From the IMG/VR virus record IMGVR_UViG_3300042922_001473: a stretch of DNA of 64,000 nucleotides, one strand, 5' to 3'. The notes beneath the pieces were generated by a model, which worked only from the letters and a program-made list of their open reading frames with translations, ran no database searches and was not told the origin of the DNA. The position numbers and the translations under genes were made by a program. Shown in pieces: positions 49,566 through 59,582 of this stretch. The stretch's first letter is position 1; each line of letters begins with the position of its first letter. The DNA comes from a virus. Taxonomy: Duplodnaviria > Caudoviricetes.

Positions 49566-50984
49566 ATGTATGATTTATCATTAGATTTTAAGAAATTTTA
49601 TTATAATAAAGTTGTATTACCCAAAGAAGAGAAAAACAATCTCAGGGAAAAGAAAAAACTAAATATTCAAAGACTTAGAGATGGTCTTGACGAATACAAT
49701 GCCCAAAATAAAACAAATTATAAAATTGCAGAAACATTAGAGCAAGGTAGCGTAGCGATGTCAACAGTAACTCAAAATGAAGAAAATGACTATGATATTG
49801 ATATTGCTATTGTATTTGATGATACAAATTTAGATGGATTAGGACACATTGCTGTTAAAAATGTAATAGTGGATGCACTAAAAAGAAAATGCATATGTTT
49901 TAAAACTCCACCAGAGGCAAAAACTAATTGTGTAAGAATAGTATATTCAGATAATTACCATATAGATTTTGCTATATATAGAAGAACGAAGAATGACGAT
50001 GACAGTTATAGCTACGAACATGCAGGAGGTAGTGCGTGGAGAGCAAGAGACCCAAGAGCAATTAACAATTGGTTTAAAGATGAAATAAAAATTCATGGTG
50101 AAAAATTAAGACAATCAATAAGACTTTCAAAGATGTTTTGCAAATCAAGAAGTAATTGGGAGATGCCAGGAGGATTAATTCAATCTGTATTAAATGATGA
50201 AAAGATTCAGAATTATGATAGGATAGATGAAATGTTCTATTATACAATGAAAGAAGTGTTGGAACGATTAGAAAATGATATAGAAGTTTATAATCCTACA
50301 AATACTGACCAAACACTGTTGTTAAAAAGTTCAGATAGAGATAAAATGAATAACTTAACTAATAGACTTAAAACTTATTTAAGTAAATTAGATATTTTAT
50401 TTGATGATAAATGTACTCTAAAAAAAGCTATTGAAGCATGGTATGAATTTTTTCAACATGATTTTTGGACTTATGATGAAGAAAATGAAAAAAGAGCTTA
50501 TGCTTTAGCTGAATCTTGTAATTTGAAAAAATCTTCTAATGTAGATTTAATTGAATTTGATGATACAGAAGAATTTATCAGAAACATAATGCCTGTAGAA
50601 GATAAATATTCTATAAAACTTGACTGTAGAGTCAAAGAATTTGAAGTTAAAAACAACAAAATAATTATTAAGCAAATAACAAAGTTATCAACGTTAAATA
50701 ATTTAGGTAAAAAAATTTCATTAGGAAGAAAGTTGGAATTTTATTTAGATATTAATAGAGTGCCATACCCTTATGAAGTTTATTGGAAAGTAAAAAATAA
50801 TGGATATGAGGCTGAAAAACTTAATTGTATTCGAGGTCAAATATTTAAAAATCCAAAAGCACCTTATGACATTTTAGAAGAGGAAAGTAGCTTTTGGGGC
50901 AACCATTATGTAGAATGTTATATTGTAAAAAATGGTATATGTGTAGCAAAAGATAGAGTTGAAGTGCCTATTGCAATTTATTAG
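49566..50984 (+). CDS. CBASS cGAS/DncV-like nucleotidyltransferase (SMODS) with C-terminal AGS-C domain
   Basis: QGSVAM.T..DYDID, CVRI.Y..HIDFAIY, W..RDP; AGS-C VP.PY..YWKVKN.G..RGQI..E...F.G.HYVECYIVK. Confidence 0.92.
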   Translation: MYDLSLDFKKFYYNKVVLPKEEKNNLREKKKLNIQRLRDGLDEYNAQNKTNYKIAETLEQGSVAMSTVTQNEENDYDIDIAIVFDDTNLDGLGHIAVKNVIVDALKRKCICFKTPPEAKTNCVRIVYSDNYHIDFAIYRRTKNDDDSYSYEHAGGSAWRARDPRAINNWFKDEIKIHGEKLRQSIRLSKMFCKSRSNWEMPGGLIQSVLNDEKIQNYDRIDEMFYYTMKEVLERLENDIEVYNPTNTDQTLLLKSSDRDKMNNLTNRLKTYLSKLDILFDDKCTLKKAIEAWYEFFQHDFWTYDEENEKRAYALAESCNLKKSSNVDLIEFDDTEEFIRNIMPVEDKYSIKLDCRVKEFEVKNNKIIIKQITKLSTLNNLGKKISLGRKLEFYLDINRVPYPYEVYWKVKNNGYEAEKLNCIRGQIFKNPKAPYDILEEESSFWGNHYVECYIVKNGICVAKDRVEVPIAIY

Positions 50985-51055
50985 CACTTAAAAGTAAATA
51001 ATAAAGAAAGACTTGTTAATTTAGTTATAACAGGTCTTTTTTATTTAATATTAAA

Positions 51056-51733
51056 TTAGTTGTTACTGTTATACTCATATGAAAGTATATCCCTTTTAAA
51101 AATTTTGCCGATAAAAGAATACATTTTTGTAAAAATACTTTCTTTTTCTGGTTGACTTGCAACTTCACAAACAAATTCATAAAATTCTTTCCAATCGTGA
51201 ATACGCTTATTATCTTCTAAATGCAAGTATTTTTCAGACAACATACGATTCCATGGTTGGTCAAATATTGTTGGATATTTACTTTTTGAAACCACAATAT
51301 TATGAAGACCATCATCTAATGCAATATCTGCAAATAATAAGTCTTTTCTTGATATTGGAATAATATTTTCCTCTGGAATAGTAGGATAACATTCTTTTAT
51401 ACATTCAATTTTATCAAGAATTGCACATACTGGGGAAGCAGTTGCTACAACAATATCATGTCCATCTTCAATTAATTTTGCAACATAATATTGAGAATCT
51501 GGCAATGGTTCTAAGTTTCTAAAGAACCCTTTTTCATTAAAATATTTATTCATATCAGTTCCTGGAAGTTGTACCTTTTTAAGATTTCCTGCTAAAATGT
51601 TTTCATATTTAATATCAGTACCATATTCTTTGTTGTACTTTTCTAATACTTTTTTCATGCAATCTAAAAGAACGCCATCGCTATCAAGTATTATATGTAA
51701 CTTTTTAAAATTCTTTTTATTTTTTAAAAACAT
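51056..51733 (-). CDS. 5'(3')-deoxyribonucleotidase (HAD, NT5C)
   Basis: LDSDGVL, FFRNL.P, ATAS, K, LDDG..N, PWN. Confidence 0.88.
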   Translation of the reverse strand: MFLKNKKNFKKLHIILDSDGVLLDCMKKVLEKYNKEYGTDIKYENILAGNLKKVQLPGTDMNKYFNEKGFFRNLEPLPDSQYYVAKLIEDGHDIVVATASPVCAILDKIECIKECYPTIPEENIIPISRKDLLFADIALDDGLHNIVVSKSKYPTIFDQPWNRMLSEKYLHLEDNKRIHDWKEFYEFVCEVASQPEKESIFTKMYSFIGKIFKRDILSYEYNSNN

Positions 51734-52070
51734 AACTTCATACTCCTAATTAATTTATTTATTTAAAATGCCTTGGTTGTAAATTTGTATATTATACTTG
51801 AAGTTTAATTAAAAAATTCAAATACTAAGAAGCTTTAATTTATTGACGAATCCAGTTTACTAACAAATTCTATACAGACAATAGACGACTAACAAAAGTA
51901 ATTATACTATAAACAATAAAATTTGTAAATATAGAATTTAAGTTTAACAAGGAATTAAAAAGCAATGAAACAACTAAAATATAAGAGTACATTTTAAACA
52001 AGGAATATAATATATATATTAGCTGGTTAGAAATAATAAAGTTAGGATTATCATAAGGGAGAGTGATACT

Positions 52071-53087
52071 ATGAAACAATTAATTTTTTGTGACCTTGAA
52101 TTAACACAAGGTTTAAAGCATCAAAGATATTTTAGTCCCGAAGTAATCCAGATAGGTGCAACTAAAGTAGATAAGGATTTTAAAGAAATAAGTAGATTTA
52201 ATAGATATGTTAAGCCTATTAGAAATCCATATTTAAATGAGTATCTTATGGCTAAAACGGGTATAAGTCAATATGTAATAAATCACGCAGACACTTTAAA
52301 TATAGTTTTAAAAGAATTTGAAGATTGGATAGGAGATATAAATAATACTTCCTTTATCTTTTGGGGTAAGGAAGATGTTAAAGTTCTTGGAGATGAAATT
52401 AGAGATAAAGGTTATAATGGCAATCTTTCTATCAATAAGTATTTTAACTTCCAAAGTTATCTTCAAAGTAAACTTGCAAGACCGATTTCTTTAAAAAATG
52501 GATTAGAAACTTTTAAAATACCAGTTGAAGGAACATTGCATGATGCATTATGGGATGCTATTAATATGAAAAATTTATATATTCAGACAATAATAGCTAC
52601 TGATAGTGTAAATAAACTATGGTTTGAGGGAAAAATTGTTTTTATTATTAAGCAATTTGAAGAAATAATTGAATATTTGAATAGCACAAATAATGTCTTT
52701 AGTATTGAAATAAAAAATCTAACTATCTTCATTAATAAATGCAGGTTACTACTTGAACTTATTAATAATTTCTCAGACGAAGAGAGAGAAGTAAAACTTA
52801 ATTCGTTAAGAAAAGAGATTGAATTTTTGACAAATGAGATGGAAGAATTAATAATATCTCAATTTAGAAAAGACACTATGGCTTTTCAGTTTGCAGTAAT
52901 TAAAAAACAAATACCTAAAAACTTCGAAAACAAAGGACAAATGGTACAGCAGTGGAGCATTATATCAAAAAAATATAAATATTTTTCTCAAAAGCGTTCA
53001 GGGACTTACGCAACTCACTTTTATAGGGTAAGAGACATGTATAAGAGAGTGGGAGATGGTGTTTATTCATTATGTAGACAAAATTAA
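52071..53087 (+). CDS. DEDDh 3'-5' exonuclease (ERI-1/KapD-like) with C-terminal extension
   Basis: DLE, IQIGA, TGI, WG.ED, HDAL.DA. Confidence 0.85.
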   Translation: MKQLIFCDLELTQGLKHQRYFSPEVIQIGATKVDKDFKEISRFNRYVKPIRNPYLNEYLMAKTGISQYVINHADTLNIVLKEFEDWIGDINNTSFIFWGKEDVKVLGDEIRDKGYNGNLSINKYFNFQSYLQSKLARPISLKNGLETFKIPVEGTLHDALWDAINMKNLYIQTIIATDSVNKLWFEGKIVFIIKQFEEIIEYLNSTNNVFSIEIKNLTIFINKCRLLLELINNFSDEEREVKLNSLRKEIEFLTNEMEELIISQFRKDTMAFQFAVIKKQIPKNFENKGQMVQQWSIISKKYKYFSQKRSGTYATHFYRVRDMYKRVGDGVYSLCRQN

Positions 53088-53232
53088 GATATTTATGCTT
53101 AGTAAAAATAGAAAACATATATAATTTTATATATGTTTTCTGATATTACAAAACTTAAATACTTTGCAAAATATAAAAATGGTGTATAATATAAATATAT
53201 GTATCAAAAATACATATAAAAAGGAGGTTTAA

Positions 53233-53796
53233 ATGAAAAATAGTATAAGTCTTTTAGTCATAACACTTAATTTAATAATAGTGCTACAATGTAATGTATT
53301 ATTAACAAATAATTATAGTTATGAAGCAGGCTCTATAGAAATTTTTCAAACAGCTAAATCATTTATAAAAAATAATATATTTCATCAATCAACTAACAAT
53401 GAGTTTAATTTTCCAAGTTTGGCAAGTCATAGTACAAGAAAAAGAATGGAATTTATTTGGAAAGCAAATGGTTATGTAAATAAAGATGAATTGAATTATA
53501 TTTATCTAATAACTGATTTTGGTCAAATAAAGGAAATTGAAGTTAATGGGAAGGTACATAGTTTAATTGATAATTACTTTATGAGGATTGAAGATTTTCA
53601 AACTATGGAACGATTTAAAAATATTTATGATTTAAAAAAACTTCCATTTTCATTGCAAATTGCAAATCTAAAATATACATTTGGAAAAAATGCAGGAGGA
53701 ATTTATTGGTTCGCACCAGATGGAACGTATTATGAATGGTTTGGCTCATATTACATGAGTGCTGAAAAGTTGTTAAAAGGAAATTATGGATTATAA
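53233..53796 (+). CDS. Divergent paralogue of the 55294/55872 lipoproteins
   Basis: YIYL....GQ..E..V.GKV.SL; T.G.NA.GIYWF.PDG.Y.EW.G.Y..S. Confidence 0.75.
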   Translation: MKNSISLLVITLNLIIVLQCNVLLTNNYSYEAGSIEIFQTAKSFIKNNIFHQSTNNEFNFPSLASHSTRKRMEFIWKANGYVNKDELNYIYLITDFGQIKEIEVNGKVHSLIDNYFMRIEDFQTMERFKNIYDLKKLPFSLQIANLKYTFGKNAGGIYWFAPDGTYYEWFGSYYMSAEKLLKGNYGL

Positions 53797-53962
53797 TAAA
53801 GAAGTAAAATAGAATAATAAAAAAGACACCTATCTTGGGTGTCTTTTTCTATGTGTGCGTGTTAAATTTCTAAGCTAAATATTAATGTAAGACAATATAA
53901 AACACATAACGCATTGCAATTAATAATTTTATAAAGTAAATTTATTAAAAAAAGGAGGGATT

Positions 53963-54700
53963 ATGGATAATTCTATGATAATGACAAATATAATAACTGC
54001 AGGGATAATTGAACTTTTCTATGATTTAATATTATATTGCAAAGATTTTATTATTTGTGCATCAAGTATAAGTGTTAAAAATATTGCTTTTTTATTATCT
54101 ATAATATCATTTATTATATTTTTAATTAAATCATATCGTGAAATTTCAATATATAATACTAATAATTTGTATGAAATGGAAAAAAATCAAGAAATTTTAA
54201 AGAATATAAAATTAGGTAAAATTAAAACAATAATAAAATTTATAGTTATAATAATTGTAATAAGTTTTTATGATGATATTTTAAATATTGCAATAAAGTT
54301 CTTAAATGAATTTATTAGTAAAGAATTTACAAGAAGCCTTTTAAAATATACTATATTTGAATGTATAATAAGTTTTTTTGCTATAATTGTAATGGTAAAA
54401 CTTATGTTAGATATAACTATTTCATATGTATCTCTTATAACCTCAACGTTGCAGATTATAATAAATAATGATTTATTGAATTTCTACAAATGCTTTGTTA
54501 TGATTTTTAGCCCGATAATACAAATATTTACAATATGGTTATTTAATATACTATTTATTGATGTGAATTTCCCTTTAATTAAATTAAGTATTTTTGTAAG
54601 TAGTAGTCTTGTAAGAAATTTGTTGTTTGATTTCTGTAAAACAGAAAAACCCATAATCCTGAAAAAAGAAAATAATTTAATAAAACAAGAAAAGAGCTAA
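53963..54700 (+). CDS. Polytopic membrane protein (weakly TrbL/VirB6-like)
   Basis: AAGGAGG RBS, five or more hydrophobic segments; family call weak. Confidence 0.55.
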   Translation: MDNSMIMTNIITAGIIELFYDLILYCKDFIICASSISVKNIAFLLSIISFIIFLIKSYREISIYNTNNLYEMEKNQEILKNIKLGKIKTIIKFIVIIIVISFYDDILNIAIKFLNEFISKEFTRSLLKYTIFECIISFFAIIVMVKLMLDITISYVSLITSTLQIIINNDLLNFYKCFVMIFSPIIQIFTIWLFNILFIDVNFPLIKLSIFVSSSLVRNLLFDFCKTEKPIILKKENNLIKQEKS

Positions 54701-54742
54701 AAGCTCTTTTTTATTATTTCAAAATAGACATTATAATTTATA

Positions 54743-54780
54743 TTGACAATAGTCAACGAATATAATATAATATGACTATA
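54743..54780 (+). promoter_or_regulatory. sigma-A promoter with TTGACAATAGTCAA palindrome and TGACTATA near +1
   Basis: TTGACA-17 nt-TATAAT(54766-54771). Confidence 0.75.
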
Positions 54781-54816
54781 GATTACGAAAATTACAAATC
54801 AGAGAGGAGATTTTAA

Positions 54817-55278
54817 ATGAAAAAAATATTTATTATTATAGGGTTAATCTTACTAATTCCATTATGTTTAGGTTTAAAAATTTTGTTGTTCCCAGTCAAT
54901 ACAATTAGTCAAAGCGTTGATACAAGTTATGGGGTAGTTAATAAAACGTTAGATGCTGATAACGCTATTTATAATTACGAATGGTTCAAAGAACAAGAAG
55001 CAACTATTAGAGTTAATTTAAAAAATGAAGAAATTGCGAAAGAAGAATGGGAATTATTTAAATCCGAACTTCCAGAAGATAGGGAAAAATGGAGTAGAGA
55101 AGACAAACAAGAGGAAAGTAGTTTAAGAAACAGTTATTACGCTTTACAAAAATTAACTAATTTATCTATGGAAGATTATAATGCAAAATCTGAAATGGCA
55201 AACAGGAGTATATTTAAAGACAACTTACCAAGTAATCTTAGTCGAGCTTTTTATGCAGGTCAAGAATTAACAAGATAG
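54817..55278 (+). CDS. Membrane-anchored helical protein
   Basis: N-terminal TM, NAIYNYEWF, YNA.S.M..R..F...LP. Confidence 0.75.
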   Translation: MKKIFIIIGLILLIPLCLGLKILLFPVNTISQSVDTSYGVVNKTLDADNAIYNYEWFKEQEATIRVNLKNEEIAKEEWELFKSELPEDREKWSREDKQEESSLRNSYYALQKLTNLSMEDYNAKSEMANRSIFKDNLPSNLSRAFYAGQELTR

Positions 55279-55293
55279 GAGGAATTTAAACTA

Positions 55294-55854
55294 ATGAAAA
55301 AGGTTATCTCGATAATATTAGTAACAATAACTTTATTTTCACTTGCAGGGTGCGTATCTATAAGTAGTATCCCTATAGAAGACAAATCAAGTTATGAAAC
55401 AAGTGCTAAAGCAAATGAAGAATCTGCAAAAGCTATTATAACTAATGATACTTTGCCAAAAATAACTAAAAGTTTAGAACGAGAGAATATAAAAAAAAGA
55501 GTTGAATTTATTAATCAATCAGATAGGATAGGGTATTTATACCTATTATCTAAATCTGGACAGCTAATAAAAGAAGTTCAAGTCCTTGGAAAAGTAAGTA
55601 ATTTGAATAGTTACCTAACACCAATGGAAGATATTCATATTGTAGATACCTCAACAAATTTTCGAACTGCAGAAAGCCCAGTTATTACACAAGCACCTGA
55701 CTTAGATGGAACTTATGGCTTAAATGCAGATGGCATATTCTGGTTTACACCTGAAGGGGTATATCAAGAGTGGAGTGGACAATATTTCTACAGTGCGGAT
55801 AGAATGTCGTTTACTACTCAACCATTATTAATGGAAATTCAAAAAACGGAATAG
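55294..55854 (+). CDS. Lipoprotein, paralogue A
   Basis: Lipobox LAGC; SLERENI..R, GKVS.LNSYLTP, PD.DGTYG. Confidence 0.82.
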   Translation: MKKVISIILVTITLFSLAGCVSISSIPIEDKSSYETSAKANEESAKAIITNDTLPKITKSLERENIKKRVEFINQSDRIGYLYLLSKSGQLIKEVQVLGKVSNLNSYLTPMEDIHIVDTSTNFRTAESPVITQAPDLDGTYGLNADGIFWFTPEGVYQEWSGQYFYSADRMSFTTQPLLMEIQKTE

Positions 55855-55871
55855 GAGGAATTAGAAAAATT

Positions 55872-56426
55872 ATGAAAAAAATTATATGTATATTATTAAT
55901 AGCAATGGTTTTATTATCGCTTGTTGGGTGCATGTCTACAAGTAGTATGCCAGTAGAGGATAATTCAAGTTATGAAGCAAGTTCTAAAGCAAATGAAGAA
56001 TCAGCTAAAGCAATTATGGCAAATGATACTTTGCCAAAAATAACAAAGAGTTTAGAAAGAGAAAATATTAAAAGAAGGATAGAATTTATTAACCAATCAG
56101 GAAGAATAGGTTATTTATATCTATTATCAGATGCAGGACAACTAATAAAGGAAGTTCAAGTCCTTGGAAAAGTTAGTAGTTTAAATAGCTACTTAACACC
56201 TATGGAAGAAATCCACACAATTGAACACGACATGGGAGAATATTGGGGGGAAACACCTGTTATAACACAAGCACCTGACTTAGATGGAACTTATGGATTA
56301 AATGCTGATGGTATATTCTGGTTCACTCCTGATGGGGTATATCAAGAATGGAGTGGACAATATTTCTACAGTGCAGATAGAATGTCATTTACTACTCAAC
56401 CATTATTGATGGAAATAACACAATAA
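55872..56426 (+). CDS. Lipoprotein, paralogue B
   Basis: Lipobox LVGC; near-identical to A except the signal peptide and one loop. Confidence 0.82.
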   Translation: MKKIICILLIAMVLLSLVGCMSTSSMPVEDNSSYEASSKANEESAKAIMANDTLPKITKSLERENIKRRIEFINQSGRIGYLYLLSDAGQLIKEVQVLGKVSSLNSYLTPMEEIHTIEHDMGEYWGETPVITQAPDLDGTYGLNADGIFWFTPDGVYQEWSGQYFYSADRMSFTTQPLLMEITQ

Positions 56427-56446
56427 AAAATGAAAGGAAGCTTGAA

Positions 56447-56743
56447 ATGAACGAAAATATAGTATCTAAATTATTAGAGGATGTTACAGTAAGTGATATC
56501 ATATTAAATCCAGAAGGTGAAATATTTTACGAAAAAGAAGGCAAAGTCTATAAGTACGGAGAAAATTTCAAAGATATAGAAGAACAAAAGCAAGTAATTA
56601 AAAATGTCTGCGGTAATGATAATGTATTTATAAATAATAGTTCTATAGGACAATATATTAATGAAAAATATAGAATAACGTTCATACAAAATAGCCCTGA
56701 ACAGCTTGGTTTTTACAACGTTGTAATTAGAAAGTATAAATAA
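56447..56743 (+). CDS. Stand-alone N-terminal domain of CpaF/TadA/VirB11 ATPase
   Basis: LLED.TVSDI..N....IFYEKEG ... RI ... IRKY, then a stop before any Walker A. Confidence 0.6.
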   Translation: MNENIVSKLLEDVTVSDIILNPEGEIFYEKEGKVYKYGENFKDIEEQKQVIKNVCGNDNVFINNSSIGQYINEKYRITFIQNSPEQLGFYNVVIRKYK

Positions 56744-56839
56744 TTAAACATTATAAAACTATACAATTTAAATAAAGAAGTTCAAGGCAATATTGTATCG
56801 CCTTGAACTTTAAAATATATTTTAAGAAAAAGGAGAATT

Positions 56840-57133
56840 ATGAATTTGTTAAATCAAATTCTTCTAACATTTTGGGTCTTAACTGCTATCATTTTTTACA
56901 GCATTGATTCTTACAATGTAGTAATTAAAAAGGAATATAAGACCTTTATATATATAGTAATTACAAATATCATAATAGCTATTAGTTATGTATCTGTATA
57001 TTATCAATTATATATTGTTCCATATAATAGTCCATTTTATTTTTATTCTACTGTGGTCATTTGTGCTATATTTGTCAAAACGAAAAGTATGCTAATGTCT
57101 GATGTTTTTATTAGTTATAAAAAAAGGGTATAA
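56840..57133 (+). CDS. Small 3-TM membrane protein
   Basis: AAGGAG RBS. Confidence 0.6.
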   Translation: MNLLNQILLTFWVLTAIIFYSIDSYNVVIKKEYKTFIYIVITNIIIAISYVSVYYQLYIVPYNSPFYFYSTVVICAIFVKTKSMLMSDVFISYKKRV

Positions 57134-57210
57134 AACTTTAATTGTGGAATAGTGAAACATTGAATATAGAAAAGAGTGTGTAAAATTAAAATTTATCTTA
57201 ACATGAGAGT

Positions 57211-57714
57211 ATGAAATATAATAAGGAGAGTACGAAAATGGAGATTTCTAAGTTATTTACAAGATGGTTTCCTAAACAAAACAAAGTTTTAAAAGAAGAA
57301 ATTAATGCCTTGATAAAACAGAATGAAGACTTACGAATAGATAACGAAGTTCTTAATGAAGAAATAAACACTTACAAGAATAAAGTAGATGGTATTAAAA
57401 ATGGCAAGTTAATACTAATTAACGAAGAAGAAAAGAAAAAACTTGAAAAAGAAGTGGAGAAAATTGAGAAAGCATATGACTTATTGCAAGACATGTTATC
57501 AGAAGAAGAGAATATGTCAGGAATATGCTATGATGGGCTAAGTGATTATTATTATGAAAGATATTATACGACTATAAAAGCCTTTAAAAATGCTTTGAAA
57601 GATAATTTTCAACTAAATATAAAACTTCCATCAGTAGAAGAGATAGAACGAACAAATAAAATCCAAGAGAATAAACTTACTGAAGACGCAATAAAACTTG
57701 GTCGTTATTCATAA
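57211..57714 (+). CDS. Coiled-coil hypothetical protein
   Basis: Internal AAGGAG RBS before MEISK. Confidence 0.7.
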   Translation: MKYNKESTKMEISKLFTRWFPKQNKVLKEEINALIKQNEDLRIDNEVLNEEINTYKNKVDGIKNGKLILINEEEKKKLEKEVEKIEKAYDLLQDMLSEEENMSGICYDGLSDYYYERYYTTIKAFKNALKDNFQLNIKLPSVEEIERTNKIQENKLTEDAIKLGRYS

Positions 57715-57873
57715 GGGTAGGATAGCATTTAGCACGTTGGAAAAATGCTATATTATAAATTAAAATTTAATTATATAACTTTTTAGTCGTGTATTAATAT
57801 TTCCACACTTAAACTCATATACCCTAAAAAAATACTTAAAGATAACAATTATCTTTAAGTATTTTTTTATACA

Positions 57874-58338
57874 TTATTTTTTTAATACTGGTGTATATTG
57901 CATTACTTTATCTGTATAGAGAATTCCATCTAAATGGTCTATCTCATGACATAGACATTTTGCCATGTCCCCAGTTCCATTAATTTTAATAGGTTTCCCA
58001 AATTCATTTAGAGCTTGAACAGTTACAGTTTTTGGTCTATTAAGTTTTCCGCTTTTACCAGGGATACTTAAACAACCCTCTATAACTTCTTGTGTTCCCT
58101 CTTTGTGAATAATTTTAGGATTAATCAGCTTTATTAACCCCTGTCCCATATCTATTACTACTATTCTTTTTAATATACCTATTTGTGGACAAGCTAAACC
58201 ACATGCATTTCCATTATGATACATTGTTTCTACCATATCATTAAGGATTTGTATTATTTTTTCATTAATAACTTCTACTTCTTTACTTTTTTTTCTTAAA
58301 ACTTCATCATTATTTAATCTTATCTGTCTTATCGCCAT
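57874..58338 (-). CDS. def: Peptide deformylase
   Basis: GLACPQIG, EGCLS, HEIDH; start moved to MAIRQ after AGGAG. Confidence 0.94.
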   Translation of the reverse strand: MAIRQIRLNNDEVLRKKSKEVEVINEKIIQILNDMVETMYHNGNACGLACPQIGILKRIVVIDMGQGLIKLINPKIIHKEGTQEVIEGCLSIPGKSGKLNRPKTVTVQALNEFGKPIKINGTGDMAKCLCHEIDHLDGILYTDKVMQYTPVLKK

Positions 58339-58354
58339 TTTAATATCTCCTATC

Positions 58355-59284
58355 CTATAGTTGACCAATATATGCAAAAGGGTTAAAACGTTCAATCTCG
58401 ATAACATATTCACTTATTAAAGACATACATTCGTCTAAATTTCTATAACAAAATGGTGCTTCTGTTTTAATTGAATCATTCGAAATAGAGTTTGGTATAT
58501 ATATTCTATTTCTTAGTTCTTCGTAATCGAAAATTTCAGCATACTTCTTAGCTTCGCCTCTACTCATAACTCTCCCTGTACCATGACTGATTGAATTAAG
58601 TGCATTATCTATGTTCTCTGTAGCTTTAATTAAAATCATTTCACCATCCATGTTGGAGGGGATTACGCTAATATCATTTTTATTTAATTTTACCGAACCT
58701 TTTCGTATAATGACTCCTTCATTTGTTTCTTCAAAAGAGTTATGAACGGTATCTAAAATTAACTGTGATTTACCAAAAACTTTATCAATTAATTCCTTTA
58801 TAGCTATTCGGTTTTCTTTAGCCCATTCAATAACATTTGAATATTCTCTATTGAAAGCAATAGGGTTATCTATTAAACTGTTTATCTCTTTACCTTCAAG
58901 TCGTGAACCTGTATGTATGAGAAAATAAACTTCTGAAGTATTAGAAGAATATGCAGTTAAAAAATGATTGCCAGAACCCAAGTGACCTTTAGAATTTGTG
59001 TTGTTTTTTAATAATGAATAAACACTATCCCAGTCCTTAGTTGTAAACTCAGTTTTATTAATTTTTGTCTTTATTAAAAGCATTCCGCATCCTATGTCAG
59101 ACAAAGTATACTTTCTCCAATCTTCTTGTTTTGTTAAAACTGTTGTTCCTGTTGGAAGAGGACTTTTACCAGGGCAAGCATCAGGGAAAAATACAATCTT
59201 TTCTGCTCTTAAATCATGTGGAAGCCAACTATATAACAATCCTTCATTAATGGAAGATAAGTTTAAAATATTCATATATTTCAC
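58355..59284 (-). CDS. rtcB: RtcB-family RNA ligase (compact)
   Basis: PDACPG, SDIGCGM, GSGNHF, HTGSR, HN, RKG, SHGTGR, EAP..Y. Confidence 0.9.
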   Translation of the reverse strand: MKYMNILNLSSINEGLLYSWLPHDLRAEKIVFFPDACPGKSPLPTGTTVLTKQEDWRKYTLSDIGCGMLLIKTKINKTEFTTKDWDSVYSLLKNNTNSKGHLGSGNHFLTAYSSNTSEVYFLIHTGSRLEGKEINSLIDNPIAFNREYSNVIEWAKENRIAIKELIDKVFGKSQLILDTVHNSFEETNEGVIIRKGSVKLNKNDISVIPSNMDGEMILIKATENIDNALNSISHGTGRVMSRGEAKKYAEIFDYEELRNRIYIPNSISNDSIKTEAPFCYRNLDECMSLISEYVIEIERFNPFAYIGQL

Positions 59285-59582
59285 CTTCTTTATGTTTATT
59301 TTGTATTATATAAAATTATTATATCATATTATTCGTAAAATAGCAAAAATAATTTACAAATTAAGCAAGATATTAATTATGCTTATAATGCGAACTTAAG
59401 TATTGGATTTTTATTATCTTTTATAATTTCAGGAAAAAATTAATATAATATATAAATTTATTAGAATAGGGGTTTTATTAACAAATTTAAAAGTAGAGGA
59501 ATTAAATTAGTGAAGATTTTAAAAGTATTCAAGTTAAAAGGTTAGAAGCTTAAATAATAAAAAAATATAACAGTAAAGAAAC

